Shown: one piece after another, positions 23,534-25,310 of the stretch
How positions within the stretch are numbered: position 1 is the first letter of the stretch
Layout: the number at the start of each line of letters is the position of its first letter
From: a virus
Strand: one strand, 5' to 3'
Virus record (IMG/VR): IMGVR_UViG_3300000970_000007
Coordinates: 1 to 25,310 of that record
DNA: 25,310 nt
The notes under the pieces: model-generated
What the model was told of the DNA's origin: nothing
The model's database searches: none
Seen by the model: only the letters and a program-made list of their open reading frames with translations
Program-made: the position numbers and the translations under genes

Positions 23534-24196
23534 ATGAAAAATATTCAGAGAAAAAGTAATAGAGTAAGTAAAAATCCTAAGTTAAACATACCTGATCCTT
23601 CAGATTTAAATAAATCAAAGTATTATACTGTATGGAAAGGTAGAAAAGTAGGTGTTTTTAGTAGTTGGAAAGAGTGTAAAGAATCTGTTGATGGTTTTAA
23701 AGATGCTAAATATAAATCTTTTAAAAGTTATGATAGTGCTATAGATGCTTTATTAAAAAATAACCAAAGGATAAATAACTCAAAGAAAAATAAACCTGTT
23801 AAAGGTCTTTCTGTAGATGCTTCTTGTTTAGGTAATCCTGGTCTAATGGAATATCAAGGTGTAGATGTTAAGACGAAAAAAGTAATTTTCAGAGTCAGCG
23901 GTTTTGACCACTCAACAAATAACATAGGAGAGTTTTTAGCATTAGTTCATGGTTTATCACATTTAAAAAATATTAAAAGCAACCAAGTGCTTTACACAGA
24001 TAGTGTGACCGCAATATCTTGGGTTAAAAATAAAAAGTGTAATACTTCTTTGAATAATAACAATTTAAATTCTAGAACCTTTGAGTTAATAACTAGAGCT
24101 GAAAAATGGCTTAGGGAGAATAAATACGAAAATGAAATATTAAAATGGGAGACAAAAAGTTGGGGAGAAATACCAGCAGACTTTGGTAGAAAGTAG
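23534..24196 (+). CDS. rnhA: ribonuclease HI with N-terminal viroplasmin (hybrid-binding) domain
   Basis: KYYTVWKGRKVGVFSSW.EC...V.GF..AKYKSF; catalytic SVDAS..GNPG, NNIGEFLA, YTDS and WGEIPADFGRK. Confidence 0.93.
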   Translation: MKNIQRKSNRVSKNPKLNIPDPSDLNKSKYYTVWKGRKVGVFSSWKECKESVDGFKDAKYKSFKSYDSAIDALLKNNQRINNSKKNKPVKGLSVDASCLGNPGLMEYQGVDVKTKKVIFRVSGFDHSTNNIGEFLALVHGLSHLKNIKSNQVLYTDSVTAISWVKNKKCNTSLNNNNLNSRTFELITRAEKWLRENKYENEILKWETKSWGEIPADFGRK

Positions 24197-24268
24197 TTAA
24201 CACTAATTAACAGATATTATTTTTTATATCAGATTGTTTTCCTTATATTTACAGGATAGTTTATAGTA

Positions 24269-24670
24269 ATGGGTAAAGAAGCATACGTAACAAAATTAAC
24301 ATCTAAGACGGATCTTGGAACTTTAAAATCAATACTTAAAGTTTACATAACTGCTTATGAGATTAACTTTGGAGTTAGAGTTAGACCTAAACTAATTGAT
24401 ACTCTTGTTTTTTATATGTTAGAAGGTATAAACAGAGAAAGTGACACAATGTTATCCGAAATGTTTAATGTACCTATGACCAACATTAGAGTACATAAAA
24501 ATGAATTAAAGAAGCTAGGTCTTTTAAAGAAAACTAAATATAAAGGGACAACTTCTGAATTAAATGTAGAATTAGAAAGATTAGTAGAATTGTTCAAGTC
24601 TAAAAAAGACACTAATGATTTCATTTATTGTTTAACCTTTAACAATGTTAACAGTGGTGAATCAGAGTAA
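24269..24670 (+). CDS. hypothetical protein, possible winged HTH
   Basis: LSEMFNVPMTNIRVHKNELKKLGLL resembles a helix-turn-helix. Confidence 0.65.
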   Translation: MGKEAYVTKLTSKTDLGTLKSILKVYITAYEINFGVRVRPKLIDTLVFYMLEGINRESDTMLSEMFNVPMTNIRVHKNELKKLGLLKKTKYKGTTSELNVELERLVELFKSKKDTNDFIYCLTFNNVNSGESE

Positions 24671-25082
24671 TGTGTCAACTAAGAAAGAAATAGTCTTAGA
24701 AGTTAGTAAAAGACTTAATTTAGATATAAAAAAAGTGGACTATGTTTTTGATTTTATTTTCAATAGATATTTAAAGTTATTAATAGAAAAAAAGGGAGTT
24801 TGTACTGTTATAATACCACATCTAGGGCAGTTACATATGAAGTATGGTTTTTTTAGGAACTACTATAAGTCTTTGATTAAAAACTTTGATAAATATTCTA
24901 AATTAACAAAGATAAGGTTATTAAGAATAAAAGATAAAATATTGATGATGGAAGAAGGTTTTAAAGAAAACAATTCAACTTGTAAATCCCATATGAAGAA
25001 TTATAAAATCAGAAATAAATATTTTACATTAGGTAAAAATTTTGAAGAAATACAAAAGTGGCAAAATGGAGAAGAAAAGTAA
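24645..25082 (+). CDS. basic protein with HU/IHF-like N-terminus
   Basis: TKKEIVLEVSKRLNLDIKKVDYV...VIIPHLGQL pattern. Confidence 0.6.
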   Translation: MLTVVNQSNVSTKKEIVLEVSKRLNLDIKKVDYVFDFIFNRYLKLLIEKKGVCTVIIPHLGQLHMKYGFFRNYYKSLIKNFDKYSKLTKIRLLRIKDKILMMEEGFKENNSTCKSHMKNYKIRNKYFTLGKNFEEIQKWQNGEEK

Positions 25083-25310
25083 ATTAAAAACAATTGTAGA
25101 TGCTTTTTCAAAAGGCGATGATTTACCTAGAGGTGAAAAGTGGTTTGACGATAGAATATCGGCTTGTGGCTCTTGTGAGTTCAATACTAAGAATATTGAA
25201 GAGGACAAGTTAAAAGTACAAGATAAAGTAAAGATTGCTACTGGGATATGTACAGATAAAGAACACTGTACACTATGTGGTTGCTGTGTGTATCAGAAGG
25301 CTAGTGAAAA
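25066..25310 (+). CDS. Cys-rich putative Zn-binding protein (runs off right edge)
   Basis: Hand translation MEKKSKLKTIV...RISACGSCEFN...HCTLCGCCVYQKASE. Confidence 0.75.
   Translation, partial: MEKKSKLKTIVDAFSKGDDLPRGEKWFDDRISACGSCEFNTKNIEEDKLKVQDKVKIATGICTDKEHCTLCGCCVYQKASE

Noticed and set aside
24412-24624. 70-aa - strand ORF
   Set aside because: Antisense shadow of 24269-24670.
1-25310. Stop-codon reassignment as an explanation for the many short ORFs
   Set aside because: RecA, ThyX, RNase H and the phosphoesterase are intact in code 11, RNase H ends at TAG right after its conserved FGRK, and most short ORFs end in TAA.

Overview
Very AT-rich segment of a large tailed phage, most likely infecting Bacteroidota (Flavobacteriia-like). 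The host call rests on TTTG-N19/20-TAnnTTTG promoters, AT-rich translation starts without Shine-Dalgarno sites, and a viroplasmin-type RNase H. Positions 1-10.8 kb hold a dense leftward run of small, often acidic early-type ORFs. A non-coding promoter and repeat region at 10.8-12.15 kb may contain the physical genome end. Positions 12.3-22.6 kb carry leftward DNA-metabolism genes: thyX, an AAA ATPase, recA, groES, a ClpP-like protein, a GIY-YIG nuclease, tRNA-Cys, a metallophosphoesterase and a putative SSB. A structured 950-bp divergent gap (candidate origin) is followed by rightward RNase H and DNA-binding or Zn-binding genes. The main finding is an integron-like array of attC-type sites at 1499-3237, with an orphan site at 7932-8068. 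The right core of each site is the reverse complement of the left core of the next site, which is the footprint of cassette insertion. All cargo ORFs run antisense to the sites and take their stop codons from the cores. No integrase is present in the window. All calls were made by eye and no searches were run.
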